64,000 bases of DNA from positions 81,674,834 through 81,738,833 of the forward strand of contig NC_068986.1 of NCBI RefSeq assembly GCF_001194135.2, written 5' to 3'. Origin of the DNA: Octopus bimaculoides. Its lineage: Eukaryota. The translations under genes and the position numbers were made by a program. The notes under the pieces are model-generated. The model was not told the origin of the DNA. It searched no databases and worked only from the letters and a program-made list of their open reading frames with translations. Below are positions 12,801 through 26,377 of the stretch, one piece after another. The first letter of the stretch is position 1. Each line of letters begins with the position of its first letter.

Positions 12801-15800
12801 GAGAAAAACTAGAGCTTGCTAGAATGGCTTTTAGTATTGTTTTTTCCTGTAGATAGATTGCTGTAGCCTGTCACTTGACATATGGCCTAATTATAGTCAG
12901 TGTCTTTCCCTCTACTGGTCAGTTCTACTCAGCATCTACAAAACACAGAAACATCATTAACTACAGGAATACAACAACTTAGAATAAGTGCAGTATTGCA
13001 CTTCATAAATTGTTTAGAACGGTAAAATATTGACATATTGTCTATCACTCTACCTCCAACTTCCTCTGTAGGAGACAGAGAAAGAGAGAAGGCTAGGAGA
13101 GAAAAAAAACATGTAGCGTTATGCATCTTTGTGGATGATTACATGCTGTTTTATTTGCAACCACTTAAAATTATCATTTACACACACACATTTGCATGCA
13201 CACATGTGCGCACCCACTAGTTTACTTACTCTCACTTTCAAACAAACAAAATTCATCATGCATACACATTTCAAACATTTACATTCACTCCCTTGTAGAT
13301 ACTGAGACAAACATACTTAGACATTCAGTAATTTGTGCACGCGCAAGAGTGCGCACACATACACACGACCACAAACACACACACACACAAAATCTTACTT
13401 ATGTCAACCCATATGTTAACACAATCAAGCACACATGGTCTTATATTAATTCAATCATAAACATTTGCATTATTCAGTCATATATATATATATATATATA
13501 TGACTTTGTTCCTTTATTCTAATATTCTATCAATTCTCCCAAGACACTTCTCCGCAACCTTATCTTTTCTACCATTCCTTCATTTGAACCTCTGTTATGG
13601 TAATTTTCCTGATAGTTATTGTTAGTTACACCATAAAGCCTGTTTTGTCTGTCTTCATACCTCCTATATCCAATTCTGTCTTGTTCTAAAAGCAACAGGG
13701 AATCATACTGTCAAAGTTTAATCTACAACAAAAGGATTTTGTTTTATTCTTGAAATATTTGCGTTTATATTTCTTGAAATATTCTTGTTTATTGTTTGTT
13801 AATGTATATCTGAGTTTCCTAATTCACTAATTATTCCTATTGGTGAAAAGCTTTCACTAGCTGTAAGCCATTTCTCTTGTATTCTGAAGAAATAACCCTT
13901 CATTTGTTGTGAAGGAAAAGAAGAGTTGTTTTGTGGGTTCAAGAAATTTAGTGTCTTTACTGCCTTTGTCCTCCCCAACAACAACAACAAAATCACTGCT
14001 ACCTCTATCACCATAATTACAACAAAGACAATAATCACTACCACCACAATAGTAATCATTGCTATGACAACCACAATCACTACTATCTTTATCACAACTA
14101 ACACCACTGATTCATATTACAACTATTGCCTAACCTCTTCCTTTTATATTGTTGGGCAATATCATCCCTCATTGCTAGTTATCAAATGTTTCTGTGGAAT
14201 ATGCAATCATTTCCATGTCCGTATTTATTGACTGTTATCATGTCAACTTTTAATAATTAGATGCAGTTTTGTTTTAATCTTCCTCTTAGGTGTGTCACAG
14301 TTGCTTTCCTTCCTGTTTCATCTTCATATAAATAGGGTACATATGAAATAAGCTTTCTTCACCTTAGCTCATCTACTGCTATATAGATACATAGATCTGC
14401 TGTACAGGTGTCATATACATACATACATACATACATACATAAAGAGTTTAGCAAAGCGATCAATATTTGATTCTCATGATCAGCCAACCTAATTCTGCAT
14501 TTCACTACTCACAGTTTTGAACTGCTAAACATTTTTATTGCACTTCCTTCATTTGAATCTTAAACCTTAAAGACTTCATTCATACATTTCTATACATGCA
14601 TACTTTTTTGAATACCCATTACTCCGATAATTCTGCATTTTTACAGTTACACTTTTTCCATGACATTAGATAAATTTTTTTATTCCACAACATATTTGTA
14701 GTGGCTTCATGCAGGCATATCATGGATTTGATCCTTGATCGCCAAATTTCACTCAACACTTCAACAGCGCTTTTCTCATGGTAAAACAATAGTTGTTCTG
14801 TGAATGGCAGCAGTTATACATTACCCAGATGCCTTCACTAAGCAGAATGTCATTGCCTCTCGCCAACCTCCAACAAACTCTCCCTCCTCCAGCTGAGAGT
14901 TTTTTGTACTTTTTCGTGACAGAAAATACACCTTTTGTGGCAGTTATAACAAAATTGCTTTCTTATATCAGAGTAATAAGGCGTTTCAATAGAACATCTT
15001 TACCCCCGGGAATTATGAAACTAATAATTCAACTCAAATCTATCTATAAGACTATCCATTCCTTATGGTCATTGTATGTGGTGAAAATAACCACCTATAT
15101 AAAATTACTGAACTTAGAAATAAATCCTGGATCATTTCTGTACAATGTCTTCCAGCCCTGCCAATCAAGTAGGATTGTATCCTTTGGTGTTATTAAATTG
15201 CCTATTGTTTCTTCAATTAGCAAAATGGTTGTTCTGATTTAAAAAAAAGATGTTTTTAAAGTCTGTTGTTTAGACATTCATAAAATAATTATTCTGATGT
15301 GGTGAATATTTGAAGAGTGGGCTATCATTATCATTTAATGTCTGTTTTTCATGCTGGAATTGTGTGGATGGTTCAACAGTCACTGTTGAACCAGAAGACT
15401 GTGCCATGCTCCAATGTCTACTTCATGATAGTTTCTACAGTTGGCTAAGAACATATTGAATCTTGATGCTCTGGCTGTTGAACCATCCAACCCATGCCAG
15501 CATGTGAAATGGGTGTCATTAAGAATTATGGAGGTTGATAAGAAATTATTGTAGACATGATAAATGTCAGTTATTATTACTTTTTTTTTTTGTTTTTTTT
15601 TCTTTTTTTCAGTGCTTGCCTTTAAGTGCCAGGTTACTGTGTGGAACTGTAATTAATTGTTCCTACTTCCTGCAAACTTCCTTACTTTTAGATCTAAACT
15701 ACTCATAATTCCTCTCCACACTATGTTTAGATTGTCTTGTCTGTTAACTACTACTACTACTGGTACATTTGCACTCTCTTCTCTCTAGCATCTTATGTCT

Positions 15801-15904
15801 GTCATCTGTTTTATCATATTCATCATTTACTTACCCACTTAGCCAATTTTTCTTGATTTCAATAATAAAAATAAAAATTATAATGATGATGGTTTAGAAT
15901 GTTG

Positions 15905-16335
15905 GCTCAATTTCACAGGATAGGCTAAGTGAATTAAATCATCCCCAGTACTCAACTGGTACTTATTTCATGCCCCTGCTCCCAAGGAGGAAAAGCAAAA
16001 TCAGCCTTGGTGGCATTTGATCACAAAGCATAAAGATGGATGAAATGTTTCTAAGCATTTTGCCTGACGTGGCGTAACGATTCTGTCAGCTTGCTGAATG
16101 ATGATGATGATGATGGCGGCAGTGGCAGTTGTTGTTGTTGATTTATGTTTAAGGGCAGTAAATTTGTGGATAGGGTTTAGTCAATGTCATTGACATTAGT
16201 ACTTGACCGCTACATTATTTTATCAACTCCAGCAAGATGAAAGGCAATGTTAAGCTCAACGAAATTTAAACTCACAATCTAAAGATCCAGAACAAATACG
16301 TACCACATGCTTTACTGAATCTGCCACCTCACTGG
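15905..16335 (-). mobile_element. Two degraded SINE family A copies
   Basis: cagtactcaactggtacttattt...gcatttgatc and gatgaaaggcaatgttaagctc...aaatttaaactcac. Confidence 0.75.
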
Positions 16336-17371
16336 CAACATCATCATAAATAGTTGTCTTTAATTGTAGTATTGGATTTTCAGAAAAGTTTTTCTTTTTT
16401 TAATTTTCTTTAAAGCATTGGTAAATCAACATCTTTATAGCTACTTATGGACTGGATTTTCACTTAATACTTATTTGTGGTTGTAGCAAACTAGCTGATG
16501 AACAATTTCTATTTTTGGTTTATATGTAGTTTGTGATTGTAGCAAAGTATCTGGTGGGCAAAACTGCGATTGATATCACTGATGGTATATTTAGATCCTG
16601 ATGTTGAGACAGAGTTCTGCCAATTCACTCAAATATAATTCTCTATCTGAAAAATATATATAAGCGTCATCACTTTAAACAAGTGTGAAACTGTTTATTG
16701 TCTCATTAATAGATTGTATGATGTGAACGCTAACATTAAGCAACTTAAAGTTTCTTAAATTTAGTGCTAGTCATTGAACTGTCCTTATCTAAACCATTCA
16801 TTGTTACTCTGAGCTGTTGATATTTATTATTATACTGAGTTTTATTGTTATCACACATACACTATTTTAGATATCAGGATGTCATTATAATATATTATTT
16901 AAATGGATTTTATTTAATGAATATGACATTCTTCACACATATTAGTTTCATTTTGATCATCAGTATCGCCACATGGTTTTTATCTGACCATGCTACTCCC
17001 TCAATAATATTACTATCTCATCAGTTCATATTTGACCATGCTACTTTCTCATCATTGTCATGATATGTTCAATCAGCTTTTCATGTTTTCACTATGGCAG
17101 TAATGTCATCCATAAAAGCACAGTCATTTCCTTTCTGAGTTATCGTACATTTCAATACTAATTCCATACCATGAAAAGGCGTGGAGAATGCTTCACCTCA
17201 TCATGATATCTATCTCCAAGTGCCTGTAACTGATCATACCTTTCTTGGTGGAAAACCATGTGTGAATACTGATTTGATTTACATCAGAAATTTCCTCTCA
17301 CAATATTAGATTTTAAAAAGAAACATCTAATGCTTTGTGTATCAGCATATGAGGAACTGATCTATATATAT

Positions 17372-17514
17372 NNNNNNNNNNNNNNNNNNNNNNNNNNNNN
17401 NNNNNNNNNNNNNNNNNNNNNNNNNNNNNNNNNNNNNNNNNNNNNNNNNNNNNNNNNNNNNNNNNNNNNNNNNNNNNNNNNNNNNNNNNNNNNNNNNNNN
17501 NNNNNNNNNNNNNN
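17372..17514. other. Assembly gap within a (TA)n repeat
   Basis: Run of N. Confidence 1.
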
Positions 17515-17745
17515 TATATATATATATATATATATATTTATCAGGTCATGCTGAATGATGTTCTAAATTATCTGGGTATGCCTAAGGCAGCCTGGAAAGT
17601 ACTCTAGCATGCCCACAGTCCACTGATTAAAATTCATGAAAGAATGAAATATTAAAAATGTCAAAATTACCAATAAAATAAGTTGACAAGTCACTTGAAT
17701 TAGTTTTACGAATGAATATAGGTGATGTGCAATAAAATAATAATA

Positions 17746-18561
17746 ATCCTTTATATTACAGGCTCAAGGCCTGAACGTATGCAGGAAGAGGCTGGTCACT
17801 TACATTGACCCAAGTGTATGACTGGTACTTATTTTATCTACTCCAAAAGGATGAAAGGCAAAGTCAAACTTGGCAGAATTTTAACTCAGAACATAAAGAC
17901 AGATGAAATTCTGCTAAGCATTTTGTCTAGCATGCCAACAATTCTGAAAGCTTGCTGACTTATTATTAATAATAATGATAATAATAATCCTTTCTACTAT
18001 AGGCACAAGGCCTGAAATTTTGGGGTAGTGATTTAATCAATTACATCAACTGTAGTACTTAATTGGTACTTATTTTATTATGTTGACCTCAGTGAAATTT
18101 GAACTCAAAACACTAACCACTTTGTGTTATGCACTAATGATTGTGCTGGCTCATTTTTTTTTTAACACAAGGCCAGCAATTTCGAAGAAGAGGGTAAGTT
18201 GATTACATCAAGCTCTAGTATTTGACTTGTACTGTATTTTAATGGCCCCAAAAAGATGACAGGCAAAGTTGATCTCAGCAGAAGAAATGCCACTTGAGTT
18301 TTTTCATGTGACACACTAAAAATTCTGTCAGCTCAACAGCCTAATAATAATCCTTTCAACTATAGGCACAAGGCCTGAAATTTTGTGGGGAGGGGACTAG
18401 TTGATTACATTGAATCCAGTACTCAACTGGTACTTATTTTATTGACTCTGAAATGATGAAAGGCAAAGTCAACCGCGGTGGGATTTGAGCTTGGATGGCA
18501 GGTGAAATACCACTAAGCATTTTGTCCGGCATGCTAACAATTCTGCCAACTCGCTACCTTA
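17746..18561 (-). mobile_element. Stack of four co-oriented SINE family A copies (17746-17962, 17988-18110 partial, 18163-18340, 18353-18561)
   Basis: Repeated tcctttc.actataggcacaaggcctgaaa 3' ends and gatgaaaggcaaagtcaa cores, separated by short (TAA)n linkers. Confidence 0.9.
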
Positions 18562-18589
18562 GTAGTAGTAGTAGTAGTAGTAGTATGCT

Positions 18590-18799
18590 TTTTATTCTTT
18601 TATTTGTTTCAGTCATTTGACTGCAGCCACGCTGGAGCACCACCTTTAGTCGAACAAATTGACCCCCAGGACTTATTCTTTGTAAGCCTAGTACTTATTC
18701 TATCAGTCTCTTTTGCCGAACTGCTAAGTTACGGAGACATAGACACGCCACCATCAGATGTCAAGCGATGGTGGGGGACAAACACAGACACTCAAACAC

Positions 18800-18844
<45 letters not shown>

Positions 18845-19007
18845 GACGGGCTTCTTTCAGTTTCCGTTTACCAAATCCACTCGCAAGGCTTTAGTTGGCC
18901 TGAGGCTATAGTAGAAGACCACTTGCCCAAGGTGCCATGCAGTGGGACTGAACCCAGAACCATGTGGCTGGTAAACAAGTTATTTACCACACAGCCATTC
19001 CTGTACC
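18590..19007 (-). mobile_element. Full-length CORE-like SINE family B
   Basis: Reverse complement of ggctgtgtggtaa...catggttctgggttcagtcccactgcatggcaccttgggcaagtg (CORE-like motif), with an internal (TA)n/(CA)n repeat and a (CTTTTATT)n tail. Confidence 0.9.
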
Positions 19008-19895
19008 TATAAGTAATAATAATAGTAATAATCACTGTATCATTTCAAATAAATTGTTCATTTTGCTGTCAAATGAAATCAGACTATCCATCGTGTTACA
19101 GTTGGTAAAAGAGTCTGTTTGATTCTGTAACTAATAGAATTTGACTTTTAGTCCCTTTTAGTTTTTTGTATCTTGACTTGATTGGGGTGATGTGGAAGAT
19201 ATGATGAGAAAATAATGGCCTCTAATGCATTCCTCTATTGATTACACATGTGGTATGTATAGTAGATAAAAATATAGACAGCAAGCTACTTAACTGACTG
19301 AACTTCCACAAATATTTATCTACTTAATGTCTAAATTGCATCTATACACTTTTTTGTCATGTTAAATATAATTTTCTAATATTCATGCAAGTGGAACATC
19401 ATCATGGCCTTATAGTTTAAAGTATGTAATAAATTAAAAAGGATTTGTGTACAAACGAATTAAATGACAACAACTATTGATGTGATATTTCTCTTTTCAA
19501 AACTGTTTTATTCTGTCTGTTATGTGTGAGAACAATAAGAACTTGTCTTTTGATATGGTTTTATTTATAAAGTAGCTAGATATCAGCTTTATGATATAGA
19601 CAGATATCCAATTGTGAAGCTTTGTTGATGGTAGACTTTTGTGGATCATCTCTGTAACTTAGATGTGTTACACAATGATAACCTGTTGGCTGTTGGGATA
19701 TTAAAGTGATAGAATTTCATTGTAAACAGTTCATAGAGAAAAAGGTAAAGGTTATCAGTTTTGTAATTGAATAGTTTTCAGTTGATACGATTGGGTTGTA
19801 AGATGATAGTCAAGGGTGATATATAGGAAACAATGTGAAGCCAATGATTAGAATAGAAAGTAGTTAATAGGCAGTGATAGTTGTTATAATAATAA

Positions 19896-20104
19896 CCCTT
19901 TCTAAGCACAAGGCCTGAAATTTTTGTGGGGAGGGAGAAAGCTGATCACACTGACCCCAGTACTTGACTGGTACTTAATTTATCGACCCCAAAGGTTGAA
20001 AGGCAAAGTCAACCTCAGTGGAATTTGAACTCAGAATGTAAAGATGGACAAAATGCCACTAAGCATTTTTCCCGACATGCTAACGATTCTGCCAGCTCAC
20101 TGCC

Positions 20105-20106
<2 letters not shown>
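19896..20106 (-). mobile_element. SINE family A copy
   Basis: gaaaggcaaagtcaacctcagtggaatttgaactcagaa...gctaacgattctgccagctcactgcctt. Confidence 0.92.
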
Positions 20107-20145
<39 letters not shown>

Positions 20146-20174
20146 TATAATAACAACAACAATAACAATCACCA

Positions 20175-20961
20175 CAATTGAAGTTACTGGTTAACATTGA
20201 AGGGAACACTGTAAGAAAAGACTAAGAGCACCTTACTAGCAGCACAAGATCAATCTTTGGCCACAAATTGGAAGGTCACCCTTAGGAATGAGCATGTGTC
20301 TCCACTGTGCTGAATCTGTAATAGAGTTGATGGAACCATTGCCCTTGTAGTGAACAACTGTCCTAAACTTTCTCCAAAACATTACAAGTTGTGGTGACCT
20401 GATGAAGTAGCAAAAGTGTTACATTGGAAATTAGGTAAAATGTAGGCTGTAGAGAGAGGCAAGATGTGGTATGAGCATAAACCACATAGAATGGCTGAGT
20501 CAGAGACATGCAAAATTCTGTGGGATTTCCCAATCCAAGCAGATGAGGTGCTAAAGTACAAGCCAGACCTAGTGGTGGTGGATGAGGTGAACCACATATG
20601 CTGTATAATTGATGTTGCATGCCCCTTTGACTCACGGATAGTCAAGAAGGAAGGTGAAAATGAGACATATAGAATTTGCTTATATACAAGATAGCCCATC
20701 TAGTCCAACTGTGGAAAATGAAGGAGGTGAAGATGGTGCCGATTATTGTTGGGTCCTTGGGGGACAGTATCAGAAGGCATCAACAGGAATATAAAGGAAA
20801 TCAGAACAGAGTGCACTGTAGAGCTGTTACAAAAGGTTTGTCTCATTGACACAGCCAAGATCATCAGGAAAGTATTAGCTTAGTTGGAAAGAACACATAG
20901 CAAGATACAAGTAGCTAGGCTTGCAAAACTTCAGGAGTTCCAACAAAACCTAAGTTAAAAG
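20175..20961 (+). mobile_element. 3' part of an R4/Dong-type LINE (zinc-knuckle region plus RLE), degraded
   Basis: LLAAQDQSLATN...PLCxIC....TIxLVVNNC...DEVAKVLHWKL...WYEHKP..MAESETCKILWDFPIQADEVLKYKPDLVVVD...CIIDVACPFDSRIVKKEGE...LLQKVCLIDTAKIIRKVL. Flanked by (TAA/CAA)n and (TCA)n. Confidence 0.88.
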
Positions 20962-21014
20962 ATCATCATCATCATCATCATCATCATCAAGTAAAGGAGA
21001 TACCTCAAGCAACA

Positions 21015-21290
21015 GTCAAAATTATCTCTCTTTTATTATTGGTGCACTCAGAACAAATTTCAAAGAATGTTGATGCAATACCTGAAATCTAAGGCATACC
21101 AAACATTAGTTACAGAATCAAACATACCAAACATATTAGGCAATGCACAAATAGCTGCAGTACTTGGAACAGCTCATGTGTTGAGGTAGGTGTTGTGCCC
21201 CTGAGTTGTGAGCAGGAACTCAGATGTTATTACAAACAACCTGACCATGAAAAATCTGTGTGTTGGAGAAACAGCAACAACAATATTCAG
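21015..21290 (+). mobile_element. 3' end of a second RLE-type LINE subfamily
   Basis: IIGALRT...QIAAVLGTAHVLRxVL, the typical LGTAHILRKVL terminal motif. Confidence 0.55.
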
Positions 21291-21542
21291 TAAGTAAAAA
21301 AAAACACTGAATCTTCCTGTTGTACTTTTTTTGTACAATTATCATTCAGTGATTTATTAGATTGACATTAACTTAGTCTCAAATATTCTACTGTCTATTT
21401 GGTCTACAACTGATATTCACCAATTTCTCTCTCACACATCTACACCAATTTCACCCCTCCTTTTTCCACCCGTACATAACTCTCCCTTATCAACCTTTTC
21501 ATTACATACTGAATCTAGTTTGCTAATACTGCCCACTCAATA

Positions 21543-21543
<1 letters not shown>

Positions 21544-21616
<73 letters not shown>

Positions 21617-21658
21617 CCACCCACTCACTCACTCACTCACTCACTCACTCACTCACTC
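21544..21658. repeat. (CA)n followed by (CTCA)n compound microsatellite
   Basis: Seen directly. Confidence 0.95.
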
Positions 21659-22149
21659 GAGAAAAACTTGTTTCCCCATACTTATACAAAGGTATTTCCT
21701 TTTACTTCACTTCTTTCTCCCACACCTGTCATACTAGTTGAAACAGAGATTGTTAAACTGTTGACAATTATTGTGTGTGTGTGTAGGTCACTGGCCAGTG
21801 GTTGTAGGTGTTGGTAAGCGAAGGCTTCCTTTATCCTTTGATTTGCTTTGCTGCTTATTTTTGTAGTCTACAATATGTTTACTAAGGTGGTGGTCACACA
21901 ATTTTCTAGTGGGAGCAGCAACTAATTGTCCAAAACTGAAGTATTTTCTGATCTTAAAAATGACTCTAGTTTTAGCATACACACGCTTTATTACTCTTTA
22001 TTTCTGTTGTTCACAATGTTGTTCATCTTAAAAGATATATACATAACAAATTCTCTGATCTTTCTTGGCAACCCCAAACACTAGCCTGTCTTTTTAAGAT
22101 TAGATAATACCTCAGTTACCCATCATTTGTTAACTTCCTATAAAACTCC

Positions 22150-22375
22150 AAGACTGCACTGTAATATGAGATAGTACTGCTGCTGCTATAAGGGAATGCT
22201 GTTTCAAGGGATGTTTGAGATAGTGTTGCTTCTAGAGAATTCTACTGTAATATCTGGGAGTAATATGTTGTGATATCTGATACAGTGCTGCTGGAGTAAT
22301 ACTATTATATGACTCTACTGTTGCTGCTCAGATATTCAAATATTACTACTGTAATATCTGAGGCAATGCTGCACA
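22150..22375. repeat. Degenerate minisatellite (ctactgtaatatctgag / tagtgctgct units)
   Basis: Recurring tactgtaatat and agtgctgct words. Confidence 0.5.
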
Positions 22376-24437
22376 CATAGAACATTCTAGATCAGACCCA
22401 AAATGCATGTTGGGTTACAGCTGTTTAAAACTGGACATCATATCAATCTCATAAGACTTGTCTTGGAAATCTGGTGATGGTCATAGTTACTGCTCTTTCC
22501 TTCTGATTAAAAGAATACAATAGCAAAGGGGGAAGAGAAAGTTATATCATAGTATATGTCTGCTGACCAATTTAATGTTAATAACCCTAAGGCCATCAAC
22601 ACTAAGGTTGAAAATTTGTGTTAACTTTATGTTGGAAGAAAGGAAATATTTTTATTTATCTCCTGTCATATCTTCTTTGTACTCCCCACACTTCTTTGAA
22701 ATTTAAGGACATGTAAAATGATATATAAACATTTATTTTATTTTTTATTTGTTATTCCTATTGTTACCTTAGTCTACATGACGAAGAATTTTCTAGACTG
22801 TTTGTTTTTCGTGCATATTTCTGTTTTTCCCTTCTTTCAATATATTTTTATGTGATGAATTTTTTTATTGGTATATCAAGTTTTGATGTGTTGAATTTAA
22901 GGTCAGATGCCATATCTAAGATAATTGGAATTCTAGGTGATGTTTTTGAAGAGTTGTTAGTCCACCTATTTGCAGCTATGGAATCAGCAAACCTCACTTA
23001 AAGGGTCTTTATGCCAGCTTTACAAAGCAGCATGGAGAATAAATGCATGGTCATGTAGAGAAGTTTACTTCACAATTATACAGTCTCTGGTTTCAGTCCC
23101 ATGGTACAGCATTTTAGGCAATTCTTCTACTACAGACTAATCATTATTACAGTTTGGGGAATGACAGATTAGCCTGTTTCCTGACCTAATATGACTCGAA
23201 GACTTTCTTCTTTTACAAGTATTCATACCATCTCTTCAGTCCGGGTAATCTACTATCTTAGTGTATTCCTGTAGCAACTCAACTTTCACCAGTCTTAGAA
23301 AGTTAACAGAAAATATTATGGCTACTGCACTGATTCCATTACAAAACCTTAACAAAATAATTCAGTTTTGAACAGTGGATCTTGAAGTGTATAAAGCTCT
23401 CAGATTTACTATTAAAAAAAAAAGAACTTTTCATGTTTTTCCAAAAGTTTATAAAATTCTTATGATATCAACACCATAACAAAATATCTTCAAACTCACA
23501 TTGGACTCATTACATGAATATGGAAACAACAGGGAAAAAGAGACAAGGATTTAGTAATACATTCTTTTAAATTCTGTTACATGCCTGTCTTAGTGAAATA
23601 TTTTTTTATTTAAAGGGTGTAAAAAAAAAAAAAACCAAACGTAGAATAACAGCTGATGTTGGTTTGAATTTAGAAAGAACTTTTCAATTTTTTTCAGCAT
23701 ATACAACATATTTTTATTGTATTGACATTATCATCACCACACCCTACTAAATAGAGTGTGTTTGTGTTAATCTATTTTGTCAAGCACAACAACATGTATT
23801 GTCTCCCCACACCCTACTCTACATCACTCTATTTCAACATAAAGTAACTTCAGAGATTGGTCTCATGTCTGTTGTCATGTGATTTAAGAATTGGATTAGC
23901 TTTACTCTCACACAGTTCATCTAAATATTCATGTTAACGTGAATGTGTGCATGTGAATGAGTGAGAAAGAAAGAAAAAGAGTGTGGGTCTGATTTTGTTC
24001 TCACCAGTGAAGCCTGTTACTGTAACAAAGTCAATATATTAATGCTTATACTCACATGTTTAAAATGATAAAAGGTTGTGTACTATTAGATAATACATCT
24101 AACTTGCTGTGTAAAGGATTGTGTCGTGTTCCAGAACTGCAGCTGATGGTTCTGTATCTATTGTTTCAACAAAATTCCTGCTGTCTCTGAGATGGAGCAC
24201 TTCACATTGGAACTTGTTATTGCTAAGCTCTTTCTACAGTCATTTTTATAAATGGAATGGCTGTAATAAAAATCTTGTGGGTTTGTATAGATTGTGATGC
24301 ACTTTGGTGAATATTGGAATTATGACAGTAATAATGTTTACAGCTGTAAAGTAAATGGATGTTGATCAGAATTGCAAGCCTCATTATTAAATTAGTGTGT
24401 AAAAGGCTGTGTATTCCTCAGTTGTGTTCCTTTAAGG

Positions 24438-24922
24438 CAGTGGTTCTCAACCGGGATCCATATGGCCCTTGGATATCCATATAAGATTTTGTTGTTAAAA
24501 TTTATCTGCAATAAAATGTAGTATACTTCTACAATTCACAAAATATTTTAACAATTTTTTAATATAGTTATTAATAATATTTAACCTTTTAGCATTTGGA
24601 TTTCTTTGTCAAATGTAATGTTTATTTATTCACAAGGCTTTGAATTAATCATGCATTATCTTGTAGCTTCAAAATTTCACTGGTGTGTTTGTATATTTTG
24701 AGAATGACATTGTAGGGTAGGTGTGAGAGGTTGGAGCTGGTCAGTTTTACCATAAAAGTGATAGAACGTTTGGGCTGGATATGGTTGGATTAAATGCTAA
24801 AGGGTTAAATACAAAGTATAGTATATTTCTTTTAAACATCGAATAGCTGGGAGGGTCCATTTGAGTAAAATAGGAATCAAATGGGTTCATAGATTTTTTT
24901 AAAAAATGGTTGAGAACCACTG
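24438..24922. mobile_element. hAT-superfamily (Charlie/Buster-like) MITE
   Basis: Perfect 15-bp TIR cagtggttctcaacc / ggttgagaaccactg; 8-bp TSD ctttaagg / ctttaaga (7 of 8, central TA). Confidence 0.9.
24585..24804. mobile_element. piggyBac-like MITE family 1 nested in the hAT MITE
   Basis: TTAA at 24581-24584 and 24805-24808; termini ccttttagcattt / aaatgctaaaggg. Confidence 0.88.
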
Positions 24923-24944
24923 CTTTAAGATAATTCTCAGGTGA

Positions 24945-25165
24945 AATCAGCTTAACACAGTGTGTGGCAAGAATGGACCTTTGAATTACAAGTACAGTCT
25001 ATCTAATGGGCTTCCACACAGTTTTCATCTGCCCAATTTTATTGACAAGATATGGATTGACCTGAGACTATAGAAAATGACATATGCCTACAATGCTACA
25101 CTGCAAAATCAGAACCAAGACCTCAGAATTGTGAAGTGAAATTCTTAACCATTCAACCATATTGT
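24945..25165 (-). mobile_element. Degraded CORE-like SINE family B
   Basis: cttccacacagttttcatctgcccaattt...gactatagaaaatgacat...ttaaccattcaaccat. Confidence 0.6.
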
Positions 25166-26377
25166 GTCTTTTTACAGCCATAGTACCTAATTAGTTTACC
25201 AAAGACTTAATTAGGGGAAAAAAATGAATAAAATTCAGGATGATTTCGCATAATTTAACACAGCTTTAAACAGAAACAATAAACAGGATGTTTCAATGAA
25301 TAATAAGAAAGAGGCCAATATGATGGACATGCTGTAATTATCTTTAAACTTGATTTACAATTATTGATATTTTTAGCAAATTGAAAAATTTTACAGTTGA
25401 AAAAAAAATCTGGTGTTTTCCTGGAGTCCTTGATGCTGCTTTCATCATTAATGCAGCTGCTGTTGCTGCTACTGCTGCTTTTCAAAATTGCTTGCTGTTG
25501 TAGCACTTAGTAGTGCAGCTACTGCTTTTACCAGTTCTTACTGTTGTTGCTATTGTTTAGGCCTGGTTCAGAAGATCTGTTATCAAAGCATTGCAGCCAT
25601 TATCATCCATCTTAATTTCAGGCATAAAACACCAGGAACTTCATCCTTTCTGTCCTTTCTTTTCAAAGATGGTTGGGTAGGATTTGAGAGTAATTTGGTT
25701 ACTACTTCTAGCAGGCTGAGCCCCCATGATAAGGGGCACTTATTTGCTTGAGGACTTGCTACTTTCGTATGAATCACAATATATTTTGTGATGTCCAGTT
25801 ATATATTTTACTTTCTGGTATTTCAGTTAAATATTCATTAAATGATACAAAACCAGTAATAATTGTTATATGTTATGTAAAATGTTGTTTGTTAACTCAG
25901 AGTAAAGCTTCTGAAGCTTTTGTTTGTACAAAAGTGGGATTTTCATGTTTGGTTATATTGTCATCACTACTATGTAGATAGTTAAATGTGATCCACAGAA
26001 TCTAGAATATCTTATTGCTCATGCAAATAGGTAGAGTGATGTAGACCATGGAATCCAGAAGATCTTATTGCTTATATAATGAGGCCTGCTAGATCTATTT
26101 CATAAAAACTAGCACAAAATGAATAATTTGTAAGTGAATTAAAAATGTCTCTAAGATTTTTTCTGTAGATTGGTTCTAATTTAATTATTTTATTATTCAG
26201 TTATCAATTTCAGCCAGGGGCTGTGGCCAGTTGATAATTTATTTATTCAATGGGATTGTTATCTTCAGAAAGTAGCACAAATGAAAAAATAGAACTTAGT
26301 TTGGTGAATTTTTGCATTCAAAGCTTGTACAAAAACATTTTAAGACAAAATGTGGAATTCTTTTCATGTTCTTGTGT

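Noticed and set aside
14793-15242. 149-aa plus-strand ORF, the longest non-TE ORF
   Set aside because: No recognisable domain or splice context. The surrounding region may be an old DNA-transposon relic (the word ttactccgataatt also occurs near 8648), but it could not be assigned.
16543-16585. Possible micro-exon reading AKYLVGKTAIDITDG between an AG and a GT
   Set aside because: Weak polypyrimidine tract and donor, no recognisable protein family and no partner exons.
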